Origin: Firmicutes bacterium HGW-Firmicutes-7
GTDB lineage: Bacteria > Bacillota > Clostridia > Lachnospirales > Vallitaleaceae
NCBI GenBank assembly: GCA_002841375.1
Contig: PGZO01000029.1
Coordinates: forward strand, 1-40,000
DNA length: 40,000 bases
Direction of reading: 5' to 3'
The notes under the pieces are model-generated. The model did no database searches. It worked only from the letters and a program-made list of their open reading frames with translations, and was not told where the DNA came from. Position numbers and translations under genes: made by a program. The first letter of the stretch is position 1; each line of letters begins with the position of its first letter. This document shows positions 1 to 8,522 of this stretch, piece by piece.

Positions 1-98
1 ACAAACGATATAAGTTTATTTTTGGTCATCTGCTTTATTTTTAGTAAAAAAAGGAAGCATCGCTCGCTACTAAAAGTAGTTTTGCGACACCCCCTTTT

Positions 99-341
99 TT
101 AAACCTTATATTGTCCTAACTTGTAGCATGTAATTTCAATTAGCTCATTCATTCTTGCATTTGCTTCTTCATATTCAAATATTAAATTTTTATCCTCCAA
201 GCATCTACTAATTTTATTAAATAATGCTATGCATTTCTGTGATAGTAGATTATATTCATTATTCTCCCCAAGTTCATTTGCGCATATCTTGTTTATGTAC
301 TCAATTAATTCTCCCTCAAAAGCTTTACCTTTACTCTCCAT
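99..341 (-). CDS. hypothetical small helical protein (element-end cargo)
   Basis: The ORF track gives 99..392. I prefer the internal ATG at 341 because GGAAGGAGA lies 5 nt upstream. No family recognised. Confidence 0.4.
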   Translation of the reverse strand: MESKGKAFEGELIEYINKICANELGENNEYNLLSQKCIALFNKISRCLEDKNLIFEYEEANARMNELIEITCYKLGQYKV

Positions 342-522
342 TCTATTCTCCTTCCGACTACACCCTAAAACGTTCGCTTGTTGCTGGTCCAAAATTACAA
401 ACGTATGTTTTTATAAATTAATTTATTTTATTTTTCCTCCTCGTTTTCTCTTTTTTTAATAAAATATTAACATTTATTTATTTGTCGTATTATATCATAT
501 AAACCGTCTATTATGGTAGACA

Positions 523-732
523 TCATTCGATTTTAAGTAATTTGTTTTCAATATTTTCAACTGAAACTTGAAAAGCTTTTGCAATTTTAACATAATTAGT
601 AAGTGTTGGTTCAGAGAATCCATTTTCATAATTGTTAAGTGAACTTCGGCTTACGCCCGAATAATACTCAAGGTCTCTTAATGACCAGTTCAGTTTCAGC
701 CTCATGGTTCTTATGTCAAGGTACACTTTCAC
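523..732 (-). CDS. XRE-family helix-turn-helix transcriptional regulator
   Basis: 69 aa. LKLNWSLRDLEYYSGVSRSSLNNYENG is a typical Cro/C1-type HTH signature. Confidence 0.75.
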   Translation of the reverse strand: MKVYLDIRTMRLKLNWSLRDLEYYSGVSRSSLNNYENGFSEPTLTNYVKIAKAFQVSVENIENKLLKIE

Positions 733-850
733 TAAGTGATCACTCCTATTGTCTCACTCTCCATAATCCTTAAACGAATATACATATGTCGTATACTAGC
801 AAATACTGCCTGTTATAAATAGGAATGGTATATTTATAGAGGGTGATTAT

Positions 851-985
851 TTGCGCATTAAATCCACTACTACCATTTCTGAAATCCTAGAATATATGAA
901 AATAATAGCTATAAAAGAAAGCATTAATATTAATGATCTTATTGAGGATCAAAACGAAATATATGATATACCAATAACTCTTTAG
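851..985 (+). CDS. possible 44-aa small protein (ribbon-helix-helix-like?), TTG start
   Basis: Not in the track (<60 aa). AGAGGGTGA lies 4 nt before the TTG. It translates to RIKSTTTISEILEYMKIIAIKESININDLIEDQNEIYDIPITL and is divergent from the 523..732 HTH gene. Confidence 0.2.
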   Translation: MRIKSTTTISEILEYMKIIAIKESININDLIEDQNEIYDIPITL

Positions 986-1077
986 GCATTTAGAATTAAT
1001 CCCGATTAATAATGTCGTATAATTTATGTCTATAGTATATCTTAAAATGTTTATGTACACTAGGCCTTATTATTTCT

Positions 1078-1407
1078 TTATGTATTGTTATTAGAAAGAA
1101 ATTGTTCTACTGTTTGTCCATCTTTTGTTAACTCTATTTTTATATATTTAACTGCAGACTCTATCCATTCTGTTATTTTGCGCTGAGGAACAAATATTCT
1201 AATAATTAAAGGAAGCTTTTCATATATTACGGTCATAACTTCAATGAATTTCAATTTGCCAGCACCTGATCCCCAATTGATTTCAGCTTGGATTACTAAG
1301 CCTAAGATAATGTTTTTTACCATCCTTTTTTGCCCGAAGTACCATAATAAGCCAAGCGTGCAAATAAAGATAATTGATACTATGATATTTAATGTTAATC
1401 TATCCAT
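1078..1407 (-). CDS. holin, LL-H-family-like
   Basis: 109 aa with a single N-terminal TM (IIVSIIFICTLGLLWYF), then AEINWGSGAGKLKF...WIESAVKYI, which resembles LL-H type holins. It lies immediately downstream of the endolysin and abuts it. Confidence 0.55.
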   Translation of the reverse strand: MDRLTLNIIVSIIFICTLGLLWYFGQKRMVKNIILGLVIQAEINWGSGAGKLKFIEVMTVIYEKLPLIIRIFVPQRKITEWIESAVKYIKIELTKDGQTVEQFLSNNNT

Positions 1408-2082
1408 TTATGTTCCCAATCCTTTCTTTTTCAATAGTTGATAGAATCTGTACAAGTAACACATTGTTCTAATTTCTTCTTCCGAATCAACTTTACCATC
1501 ATTAATTCCATTGGCTACAGACCAATCCCACGCTTCTTTCCCCCATTTAGGGACCTCAATAACTTTAACTTTTGTTTCCGCCACATTTAACATCTCCATT
1601 GTTGGATTAGATGTTGTGATCACCTCCGGTTTAATCTCTCTTAAAAACGGCTCTGGATTAATGGATCCTATTGTTTTACTATCTGCTGTTATTTCAAACG
1701 ACACTGTATTGCCCTCAATAAGTCTGAAATGCAAATGTGCAGCTGTTGATGTTCCTGTATTACCCATTTTGCCTACTACTTGACCAGCCTTAACAGTTTG
1801 TCCTACTTTAAGGGTTAGTCCTTGCATGTGCCCGTAAAGTGTGCAAAATCCGTCATGTTGAATTGCTATGTAATAACCATAACCTTTCGTTACTCCACCA
1901 CCATTGATTTTACTAATAATTACGATACCGTCAGCTACTGCATAGAGGTTATCACCTTCAACACCAGGCTTAATTCCTCCGATGTCTACCCCATCGTGAA
2001 AAGCTCCCCAACGTGGTCCAAATGGGCTTGTAATCCTTTTTGAATCTGTTGGCCATCTATTTAATTTAATCATATTTAACAC
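1408..2082 (-). CDS. M23/LytM-family zinc metallopeptidase (endolysin)
   Basis: Carries the HDGVDIG (HxxxD) and GNTGTSTAAHLHF (HxH) motifs. It occupies the lysis position at the distal end of the tail operon. Confidence 0.85.
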   Translation of the reverse strand: MLNMIKLNRWPTDSKRITSPFGPRWGAFHDGVDIGGIKPGVEGDNLYAVADGIVIISKINGGGVTKGYGYYIAIQHDGFCTLYGHMQGLTLKVGQTVKAGQVVGKMGNTGTSTAAHLHFRLIEGNTVSFEITADSKTIGSINPEPFLREIKPEVITTSNPTMEMLNVAETKVKVIEVPKWGKEAWDWSVANGINDGKVDSEEEIRTMCYLYRFYQLLKKKGLGT

Positions 2083-2131
2083 CTCAAATCTTTATCATTT
2101 TTTAATGAAGATATACTAATGGAGTAAGGTT

Positions 2132-2236
2132 TTAAGTAATTCCTAGTATATAAAAGATAAATAAAGTCACTAAAGCAAAATAAATAGTTACGCCTATAAA
2201 TATCTTTTTAGAAAGCTCAATCTTCTTGTGTTTCAT
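2132..2236 (-). CDS. possible 34-aa single-TM peptide in lysis cassette
   Basis: Hand translation gives MKHKKIELSKKIFIGVTIYFALVTLFIFYILGIT. GAAGG lies ~9 nt upstream, and the ORF overlaps the end of 2217..2522 by 20 nt. Below the track cutoff. Confidence 0.25.
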   Translation of the reverse strand: MKHKKIELSKKIFIGVTIYFALVTLFIFYILGIT

Positions 2237-2522
2237 CTTCAATAGCCTTCTCGTGTGTCATCTTACACTTTAATTTGATTAACCCAATTTCTTCTGAATT
2301 CCTATCAATCCTATTGTCAAAATCAAGCAACATAGTTTCTATCTTAAGAAGTCTTTCGTTGGTTTGAAATTGCTGATTATTAATATTGTTTAATGATATG
2401 GCAATCTTTGAATAAATCTTAATAATCGCAACGATTGTTATAACTAGGGTACTTAATATCGATAAAATTGCTAATATCAAATTAAAATTTATTGTTACAG
2501 TCATAAGCATCTCCTTCCTCAT
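2217..2522 (-). CDS. membrane-anchored coiled-coil protein (XhlA position, inverted topology)
   Basis: 101 aa with an N-terminal TM (LILAILSILSTLVITIVAII) and a heptad-like C-terminal half. It lies between the fibre accessory genes and the endolysin. Confidence 0.5.
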   Translation of the reverse strand: MRKEMLMTVTINFNLILAILSILSTLVITIVAIIKIYSKIAISLNNINNQQFQTNERLLKIETMLLDFDNRIDRNSEEIGLIKLKCKMTHEKAIEDETQED

Positions 2523-2578
2523 TAAAAGAGAGCTATAAAAGCTCTCTAGTATGGTAATATTTACTTCGCAATATGTTC

Positions 2579-2716
2579 CTATGCAGTTATTAAGTTTTGT
2601 CTGTCTTTTTCAATTAAATAAACCTCTATACCATCCTTTAGATCGGGACGTTTTCCAATAACGTAATCATATGTATAAGCTTCATCAATAATTCTTTGGC
2701 CTAAATAATTCGCCAT
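2579..2716 (-). CDS. 45-aa small phage protein (XkdX position)
   Basis: Hand translation gives MANYLGQRIIDEAYTYDYVIGKRPDLKDGIEVYLIEKDRQNLITA. A strong AGGAGGT lies 8 nt upstream, and the ORF is tightly packed after 2720..3007. Confidence 0.45.
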   Translation of the reverse strand: MANYLGQRIIDEAYTYDYVIGKRPDLKDGIEVYLIEKDRQNLITA

Positions 2717-2719
2717 AAT

Positions 2720-3007
2720 TTACATACCTCCTAATTCATCTAGTGCTCGCTTCATAAGTTCCACGTCTGTTTTAAGCTTAGCTAACTGGTCTTGCTCTGG
2801 CATAACGTGATTCTCATTAACTATAAACTGTCCGTTAACGTATTTATGCGTCTGCGGTGCTACACCTTGGAGTATCTCGGTAACTTCCACAATATCAAAT
2901 TCTTCAGCATAAATAACACGATCATCTACTAAAATACCGTCCTCAATAATTTCTGTTGTAGTACAAATATCAATTATTATACCTTCTTCATTTAGTAATA
3001 GTTTCAT
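2720..3007 (-). CDS. tail-fibre accessory/chaperone-position protein (XkdW position)
   Basis: 95 aa and acidic, lying 3 nt after the tail fibre gene. The call rests on position only. Confidence 0.45.
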   Translation of the reverse strand: MKLLLNEEGIIIDICTTTEIIEDGILVDDRVIYAEEFDIVEVTEILQGVAPQTHKYVNGQFIVNENHVMPEQDQLAKLKTDVELMKRALDELGGM

Positions 3008-3010
3008 GGT

Positions 3011-4732
3011 TTACCTCCAATCATAAAATTTTTTAATTTGACTACTTGTACCATTTTGCAATGCTAACCCATGTGCCCTTTTTGAATATTCAATATAGGA
3101 CGCTTCTAACGTGTCATTTGTTTGTTTATATACTGCTATAGTTCTATTTGTTGCAATTGCCGCTAGTTTTCCCCAATGAGGTGTAGTTAGCAACGAAGTT
3201 TCAAGGTCTTTTGTTACAGTAGTGTCTCCAATACTTAAAACAGCTAAAACATTTGAGTTAGAATGAGTAATCAGCACTTTATCTATATCCATTAAAACAG
3301 AAGATAAGACAGCACCATTATTAAATGACGTTGCTGCTACAACTAATGTAGTCTGAGGTGTTATAACATTCCCGCTTATAGCCAATAATAACGCTGTAGT
3401 ATAATAACCATTCTGAGAATTACATACTAATAACAAAACCTTGGTTGCACTAATAGCTACTAAAGAGCAGAATTGTGGTTTAATAGCAGTAACACCAGTA
3501 ATCGTATAAGCAGTACCTTTTGATATTGTATTAGATACTGTATTGACAGTCAAAACTACCGCTTTTGTCTGATACATCAATAGTAACTTATTAGTATTAA
3601 ATAAAATAACATCACCAGGTGTAGAAGCCACCGCTTCAATTACGAGTGTGTACCATGCACCCAAGGTTGTTCCTGAAGCAGCCAGTATTAGTGAGGTGGT
3701 GTAATTGCTATTTAATCCATCTCTATACACAACTAAAGCTTTATCTGTAGTTACTTTAGTTATTACTAATTCATACATTCGTCCCCCTGTAATTTGTATG
3801 GTACTACCTTTTGTTACAGCATTAGTTGTTGTATTAACAGTCAAAACCATGCCCTGTCCACCACCTACAGATGAATCAAATGCTAATATAGCTTTGTTAG
3901 TACTAATTAATGTTAATCCCACAGTAGCAATGCCAGCAGCTGTATCACATGTAAGAATACCACCTTTAGTTATAGATGTTTCACTTACAATTAACACTAA
4001 GGCATAAAGATAACTACTACTCCCTAGGTATGTTACTAGTACTCTGGTATCATCTATAGTTACTGCATTAACCTGACTAGTCATGGCTATTAAATTTTTC
4101 CCAATAACTCTTTCTTCTATTTTTCTTGATACTGGATTAGCCTTATTGTTAATAAATTCTACGAGGTCACCTGCATTGATAGTATTACCTGCTTCAATTT
4201 GATATTCAGCTATTAGGGCATTTATTTTTGCCCCTTCTCCTCTAGGGGCTAATACAAAAAAATCATTTGTGGCATCATATATACCTCGATAAAATCCCGG
4301 TTCTAAATCACCGCTTCCTAATACCGTTCCATCAGCTCCCCTTAAACTTTTTACGCCTGTTTCAGTGGCATTAATAGTTACTGCTCCAGTATTAGCTGCT
4401 GTTTGTTGCCATTCAACGTAATTTCCAGTTATAAGCGTAAAGCCTAGCTTATTGATTGCTATAGCATTTGCTGTGCCTGTGTTTTGAAGGTATTTAATGC
4501 TAGACAGTTGTGTGGTAACTGTATCAACACTTGACTGACTTGCAGCTCCTGCAAGTTTCTCTTTTTCTTCAGTTGTATAGTCATTAGTTGAAAGACCTTT
4601 ACCATCAACTTTTTCTACTCGGTTTCCCATAGCTTGGTCAATAATATCAAGGTTGGCGTTTATTTTTTCTATATTATAATTCTCGTTTGGATCATCTTTT
4701 GTTAGACCTATATTAGTAGTTTGTGTAGCCAT
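3011..4732 (-). CDS. tail fibre / receptor-binding protein
   Basis: 573 aa. The N-terminus TNIGLTKDDPNENYNIEKINANLDIID and the GKGLSTNDYTTEEKEKLAG motif are typical of Firmicute phage fibres. The C-terminal ~390 aa is a repeated blade-like motif. Confidence 0.8.
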   Translation of the reverse strand: MATQTTNIGLTKDDPNENYNIEKINANLDIIDQAMGNRVEKVDGKGLSTNDYTTEEKEKLAGAASQSSVDTVTTQLSSIKYLQNTGTANAIAINKLGFTLITGNYVEWQQTAANTGAVTINATETGVKSLRGADGTVLGSGDLEPGFYRGIYDATNDFFVLAPRGEGAKINALIAEYQIEAGNTINAGDLVEFINNKANPVSRKIEERVIGKNLIAMTSQVNAVTIDDTRVLVTYLGSSSYLYALVLIVSETSITKGGILTCDTAAGIATVGLTLISTNKAILAFDSSVGGGQGMVLTVNTTTNAVTKGSTIQITGGRMYELVITKVTTDKALVVYRDGLNSNYTTSLILAASGTTLGAWYTLVIEAVASTPGDVILFNTNKLLLMYQTKAVVLTVNTVSNTISKGTAYTITGVTAIKPQFCSLVAISATKVLLLVCNSQNGYYTTALLLAISGNVITPQTTLVVAATSFNNGAVLSSVLMDIDKVLITHSNSNVLAVLSIGDTTVTKDLETSLLTTPHWGKLAAIATNRTIAVYKQTNDTLEASYIEYSKRAHGLALQNGTSSQIKKFYDWR

Positions 4733-5268
4733 TATGTTATCACTCCTTCCCTTAGTTGGCTATGCGTGTATGCGCTTAGCTGCTCGTGAGTATAAACACT
4801 CAATACCTGATGAGTTCTATAAATATATTCAAAGTCAAAGCTAAGATGTGCCGGTTTAATTTCCTCAATAGTTAGCGTTAAATCTGCCATATTACATGGT
4901 ATACCCAAGGTCCCTACAAACTTAACAGTGAAGCGGTAATTTGAATTATCTTCTATGACCTCAACTTCTCCGTTACTATAGGCCTTTGCAACATCTACTA
5001 TCATTTGCTTTGTAACAGTTCCAATGCCTCTTATCTTTGCTTTTATTCGTTCACGCCTAAACGTATTACTCTTTGATACATCAACTTCTAAACCATAAAT
5101 AGATTCATATCTACTTAATAAGGCTGTTGCAGTTTCAATAAAACATTGATCTATGGTTTCATCAAAGTTGGCAGCAAGAATATTAATGTCAGTACTTAGT
5201 ATGTTCTGTAGCTCTCCCATTGTAGTATTTTCAGCATAATAGCTAGGCAAAAGCGTCATTAAGTCCAT
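4732..5268 (-). CDS. XkdU/YmfQ-like baseplate-distal tail protein (DUF2313-like)
   Basis: 178 aa. LLPSYYAENTTMGELQNILSTDINIL...LSRYESIYGL resembles the DUF2313 family, and the gene follows baseplate J. Confidence 0.7.
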   Translation of the reverse strand: MDLMTLLPSYYAENTTMGELQNILSTDINILAANFDETIDQCFIETATALLSRYESIYGLEVDVSKSNTFRRERIKAKIRGIGTVTKQMIVDVAKAYSNGEVEVIEDNSNYRFTVKFVGTLGIPCNMADLTLTIEEIKPAHLSFDFEYIYRTHQVLSVYTHEQLSAYTHSQLREGVIT

Positions 5269-5269
5269 A

Positions 5270-6289
5270 CTACACCTCCTCTGTCAATGTGATAGTTCCA
5301 GCTATCGGCATTTCAGTATTCAAAATTGTAACGTTAGCAGTACCACTATTAATTAGCAAATTGGCGTAATCCGCTACACCTGGTGAGGATAGTAACATAC
5401 TTCCAATCTTTGCACAGCTTACACTATAGGATTCAAATACAGTTTCCTTAAGATATGATGTAAATACGGTTGTAAACTTTGATACCACATCTGCAAATAA
5501 CATTGTACCATCTAGTATTATATCAGCACTAACAGAGATCTCTTTGCTTGTAGGACTGTCTACTGTGACGGTGGATCCTATTGGCCTTACTATCTCAATA
5601 TAATCATAAACCGTTGTTTCCAATCCTTCATCTATAGCCATATTGTTATCTACTACCATTACCTTTACAGTACCTGGTCCATCCCACAAAGGAAACACTT
5701 TCGCATCTCCTACACCTGGTACTTCAAGCGCCCATTCTTTATAATGATCAGTATTACCTGATGTACTAGGTACCTGTATTTGCAAATTGAACCTCTTTCT
5801 TAGATTTTGGTCTGTTTCTTCATCAGAACCGCTAGTAATAATATCTGTTAAAGTGGCGGTAACACCTCCTACATTGTCAATGTTATCAAGTACTCCAGCG
5901 TAAGTATTGCCTATATCACCTAATTGCTCACAAGTAGCACTGTATTGATTTTCAGAAAGTAGCGCTGTTATTTCATACGTTGTATCATTTAAACCCCATC
6001 TCACACCAATGCTAACAGCTCCGGAAGTAGTAATTTTTCTAACTGCATATGTAGCAGCTTTTCTTGTAATCCCGTAGTCAGCGACCACACGATCTAAATA
6101 TTCACCGACTGCAGTATCTCCTGAGACTAGATCAATAAAATTGTTCAAATTAAAATAGTTCTGGGTTAGTTGATAAGCACAAGGAGCCAATGCGTCATAG
6201 ATTACAGATCCCTCTCTTTTGTCAACATCATTTGTAACACGGCTTAACATATCGCTTAATATGTTTTCATAAGTCATATTTTCAAACAC
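5270..6289 (-). CDS. baseplate J-like protein (XkdT-like)
   Basis: 339 aa. EGSVIYDALAPCAYQL and SGSDEETDQNLRKRF are baseplate-J-like motifs, in conserved synteny. Confidence 0.8.
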   Translation of the reverse strand: MFENMTYENILSDMLSRVTNDVDKREGSVIYDALAPCAYQLTQNYFNLNNFIDLVSGDTAVGEYLDRVVADYGITRKAATYAVRKITTSGAVSIGVRWGLNDTTYEITALLSENQYSATCEQLGDIGNTYAGVLDNIDNVGGVTATLTDIITSGSDEETDQNLRKRFNLQIQVPSTSGNTDHYKEWALEVPGVGDAKVFPLWDGPGTVKVMVVDNNMAIDEGLETTVYDYIEIVRPIGSTVTVDSPTSKEISVSADIILDGTMLFADVVSKFTTVFTSYLKETVFESYSVSCAKIGSMLLSSPGVADYANLLINSGTANVTILNTEMPIAGTITLTEEV

Positions 6290-6684
6290 TAGATATTCAC
6301 CTCCTTACTTATGGTTAGTTCTCCATAAATACTTATTACATCAAATTTACAAAGCATTTGGTCACCATTAACAGTAATCTTAAAATTATCAACACTTTCA
6401 ATTCTGCTGTCCTGGAGCAAACACTCCCTGATTCTTCGTTTTATTTCTATTTTTACATAAATTTGATCTTCACCAATAAGACTTTCAAGTTCAACCCCAT
6501 AAGAAAAACTATATATTGGATACTCAAATTTTTCTGTATTTAGTACTTTAAATATAGCTTGTTCTAATGCTATCAGATTGTCAGCATAACCTTGAATCTT
6601 ATTATCTGATAACTTGTATGTCCTAGATGTTTCAAAGTCTTCCATAATCTTTAGATTAACGTCAATTTGGCTGTTTGGTATCAC
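6289..6684 (-). CDS. XkdS-like baseplate protein (DUF2634-like)
   Basis: 131 aa. Size and synteny fit, and it shares an ATGA-type overlap junction with neighbouring genes. Confidence 0.6.
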   Translation of the reverse strand: MIPNSQIDVNLKIMEDFETSRTYKLSDNKIQGYADNLIALEQAIFKVLNTEKFEYPIYSFSYGVELESLIGEDQIYVKIEIKRRIRECLLQDSRIESVDNFKITVNGDQMLCKFDVISIYGELTISKEVNI

Positions 6685-6911
6685 TTAACCACCTCCAGTA
6701 TATAAAATTGTTGTCCTCCATGATTTCTTAAAAGCCTTACTTTGTTACCAACAATTACAGAGCTTTTGAGGTTTCCGATTACAAGCTCATTAGGGATGGT
6801 AAGCTTATCACTAATTTTTATTCCACTGCTTGTAACCGTTCCTAATATGATATCGCACAAGCTTACATTGTTTAGATAGTTGTTTACTATTGTTTTTATC
6901 TCGTGTATCAT
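6681..6911 (-). CDS. XkdR-like small baseplate protein (DUF2577-like)
   Basis: 76 aa with 4-nt overlaps on both sides, in XkdQ-R-S synteny. Confidence 0.5.
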   Translation of the reverse strand: MIHEIKTIVNNYLNNVSLCDIILGTVTSSGIKISDKLTIPNELVIGNLKSSVIVGNKVRLLRNHGGQQFYILEVVK

Positions 6912-7837
6912 ACCATTACCTCCAAACTCATTGTGTGATTAGGTAGAAATTTGTGAGTAACTTCTTTAACAATAAGCCTTTTATTTAGTTCTATATCTGA
7001 TATCAAGCCATAAAAGCTAGCTCCAGCACAGATACTTGTATCTCCTAGGCACTCTAATCTTAATGTCTCTTGCTCTTTATTATAAAAACTAAGTAACTTT
7101 TCAGCCTTTTCATTCGCCTGTGAAGCGTTCGTTTTACTATCCATTACTTCAAAGTACTGTAATGTCCCAAATTTTGAAACAGAATTCACATCGTTTTTAA
7201 CGTGAAAATTATAGGTATCCTTGATACGTATTTTAACCTGATTATAAAAGCCGTCATCTATGGACTTCTCGTATCCAAAGTCATATGCAAGACTTTCATC
7301 TCCAAGAATCAAATTAAGCTGTAGCTCTTCCAAGTATCTAATAGCAATACTTCCAAATTCATCACGCAAGCAGTATTTCTTACCTGTGTCTACCAAAGTA
7401 TCACTTATAGTAGTATAAATGATATCTAACCACGTTTTATCTTCATGTACTCTTGTTTTAGGTAATACATATTTGGTGTCAGTAATCGAGCCTTTCTTAA
7501 GTCGTAATTGATTACACATTCTCGTAGTAAGAGTTGTAATGGAATCATCTTTAACAACTATTGTATCTTTTGCTTTGCAATACCTTAGTTGATCATACGC
7601 CGTAACACTAATTTCTTTACCTTTGTTTCTGCTGACTCTAAATACAAAACCATAAAAAATATTAGCATTATTATATTTAAAACTTACAATACTACCATTC
7701 TTTATTACTAAATCATCATTTATATATTTGAATTCCAGCTTGCTACATCCATTATTTAACACATCTTTGTAAGATATATCTGTTACGAGCTCGCTTATGT
7801 CATATGTCGTTTCATCAACTTTTATTAAAAATTCCAT
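6908..7837 (-). CDS. XkdQ/YqbQ-like baseplate hub-associated protein
   Basis: 309 aa, lying between the LysM protein and the XkdR-like gene as in PBSX-type tails. Confidence 0.65.
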   Translation of the reverse strand: MEFLIKVDETTYDISELVTDISYKDVLNNGCSKLEFKYINDDLVIKNGSIVSFKYNNANIFYGFVFRVSRNKGKEISVTAYDQLRYCKAKDTIVVKDDSITTLTTRMCNQLRLKKGSITDTKYVLPKTRVHEDKTWLDIIYTTISDTLVDTGKKYCLRDEFGSIAIRYLEELQLNLILGDESLAYDFGYEKSIDDGFYNQVKIRIKDTYNFHVKNDVNSVSKFGTLQYFEVMDSKTNASQANEKAEKLLSFYNKEQETLRLECLGDTSICAGASFYGLISDIELNKRLIVKEVTHKFLPNHTMSLEVMV

Positions 7838-7847
7838 AACATCACTC

Positions 7848-8522
7848 CTAACTAGGTATTGTTAGCTTTTGTCCAGGGTATATTAGATTTGCATTCTTAA
7901 TTATGCTTTTATTTGCATTATATATTTTAGAATACTTAGATCCATCACCGTAATACTTTTTTGCAATCGCCCACAAACTATCACCACTTTTAACAACATA
8001 GTATCCAGTGTTTTTAGGATTGGTTATGGTGCTAGTAGGTATAACTAGCTTAGTAGCTAATGCTTCATCTCCACTATTGACGGTAACAACATTAAATTGC
8101 TTATCGTATTTTTTATATTCTAGGAGCTTAAAAGAAATATATTTATCTCCTTCCTCCCCTGCCTTTTCAGTAATAGTAAGACTTTCTATTAATACCTCAG
8201 TGACAATATCATCTTCCACACCATTATGAGCAATAAAACCTACTGAAGTAAGTTCATTTCTCCACTTTTCAAAAAGCGTCAGGTAATAATCTGCTGCTTT
8301 AAAATCCCCTGCTGTTTCTACATAAATATGCGCTTTACTTGGAAACTCACATTCAAAGCTATACTGTTTCAGTTCCATGTGAACTGGAACTGCTATTTGA
8401 CCGCTCTTAAGTACCTCGTACTTTTGTATTGCTTGAGTACTCGTTATCTCTAATTGTTCTGGATTAGTAGGGAGTCTATAAGTTTTATCATCATAGTCAA
8501 AAAATACGGCATAATTACTCAT
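7848..8522 (-). CDS. LysM-domain tail protein (XkdP-like)
   Basis: Carries a C-terminal LysM motif, YVVKSGDSLWAIAKKYYGDGSKYSKIYNANKSIIKNANLIYPGQKLTIP. The gene follows the tape measure. Confidence 0.85.
   Translation of the reverse strand: MSNYAVFFDYDDKTYRLPTNPEQLEITSTQAIQKYEVLKSGQIAVPVHMELKQYSFECEFPSKAHIYVETAGDFKAADYYLTLFEKWRNELTSVGFIAHNGVEDDIVTEVLIESLTITEKAGEEGDKYISFKLLEYKKYDKQFNVVTVNSGDEALATKLVIPTSTITNPKNTGYYVVKSGDSLWAIAKKYYGDGSKYSKIYNANKSIIKNANLIYPGQKLTIPS

Noticed and set aside
224-459. Plus-strand ORFs 224..421 and 229..459
   Set aside because: They lie antisense to or overlap the better-supported 99..341 gene. They have low-complexity composition and no RBS, so they are shadow ORFs.
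1244-2043. Plus-strand ORFs 1244..1441, 1511..1783 and 1822..2043
   Set aside because: They lie antisense to the holin and the M23 peptidase, both of which have clear motifs, so they are shadow ORFs.
3705-4007. ORF 3705..4007 (+)
   Set aside because: It lies antisense inside the tail fibre gene.
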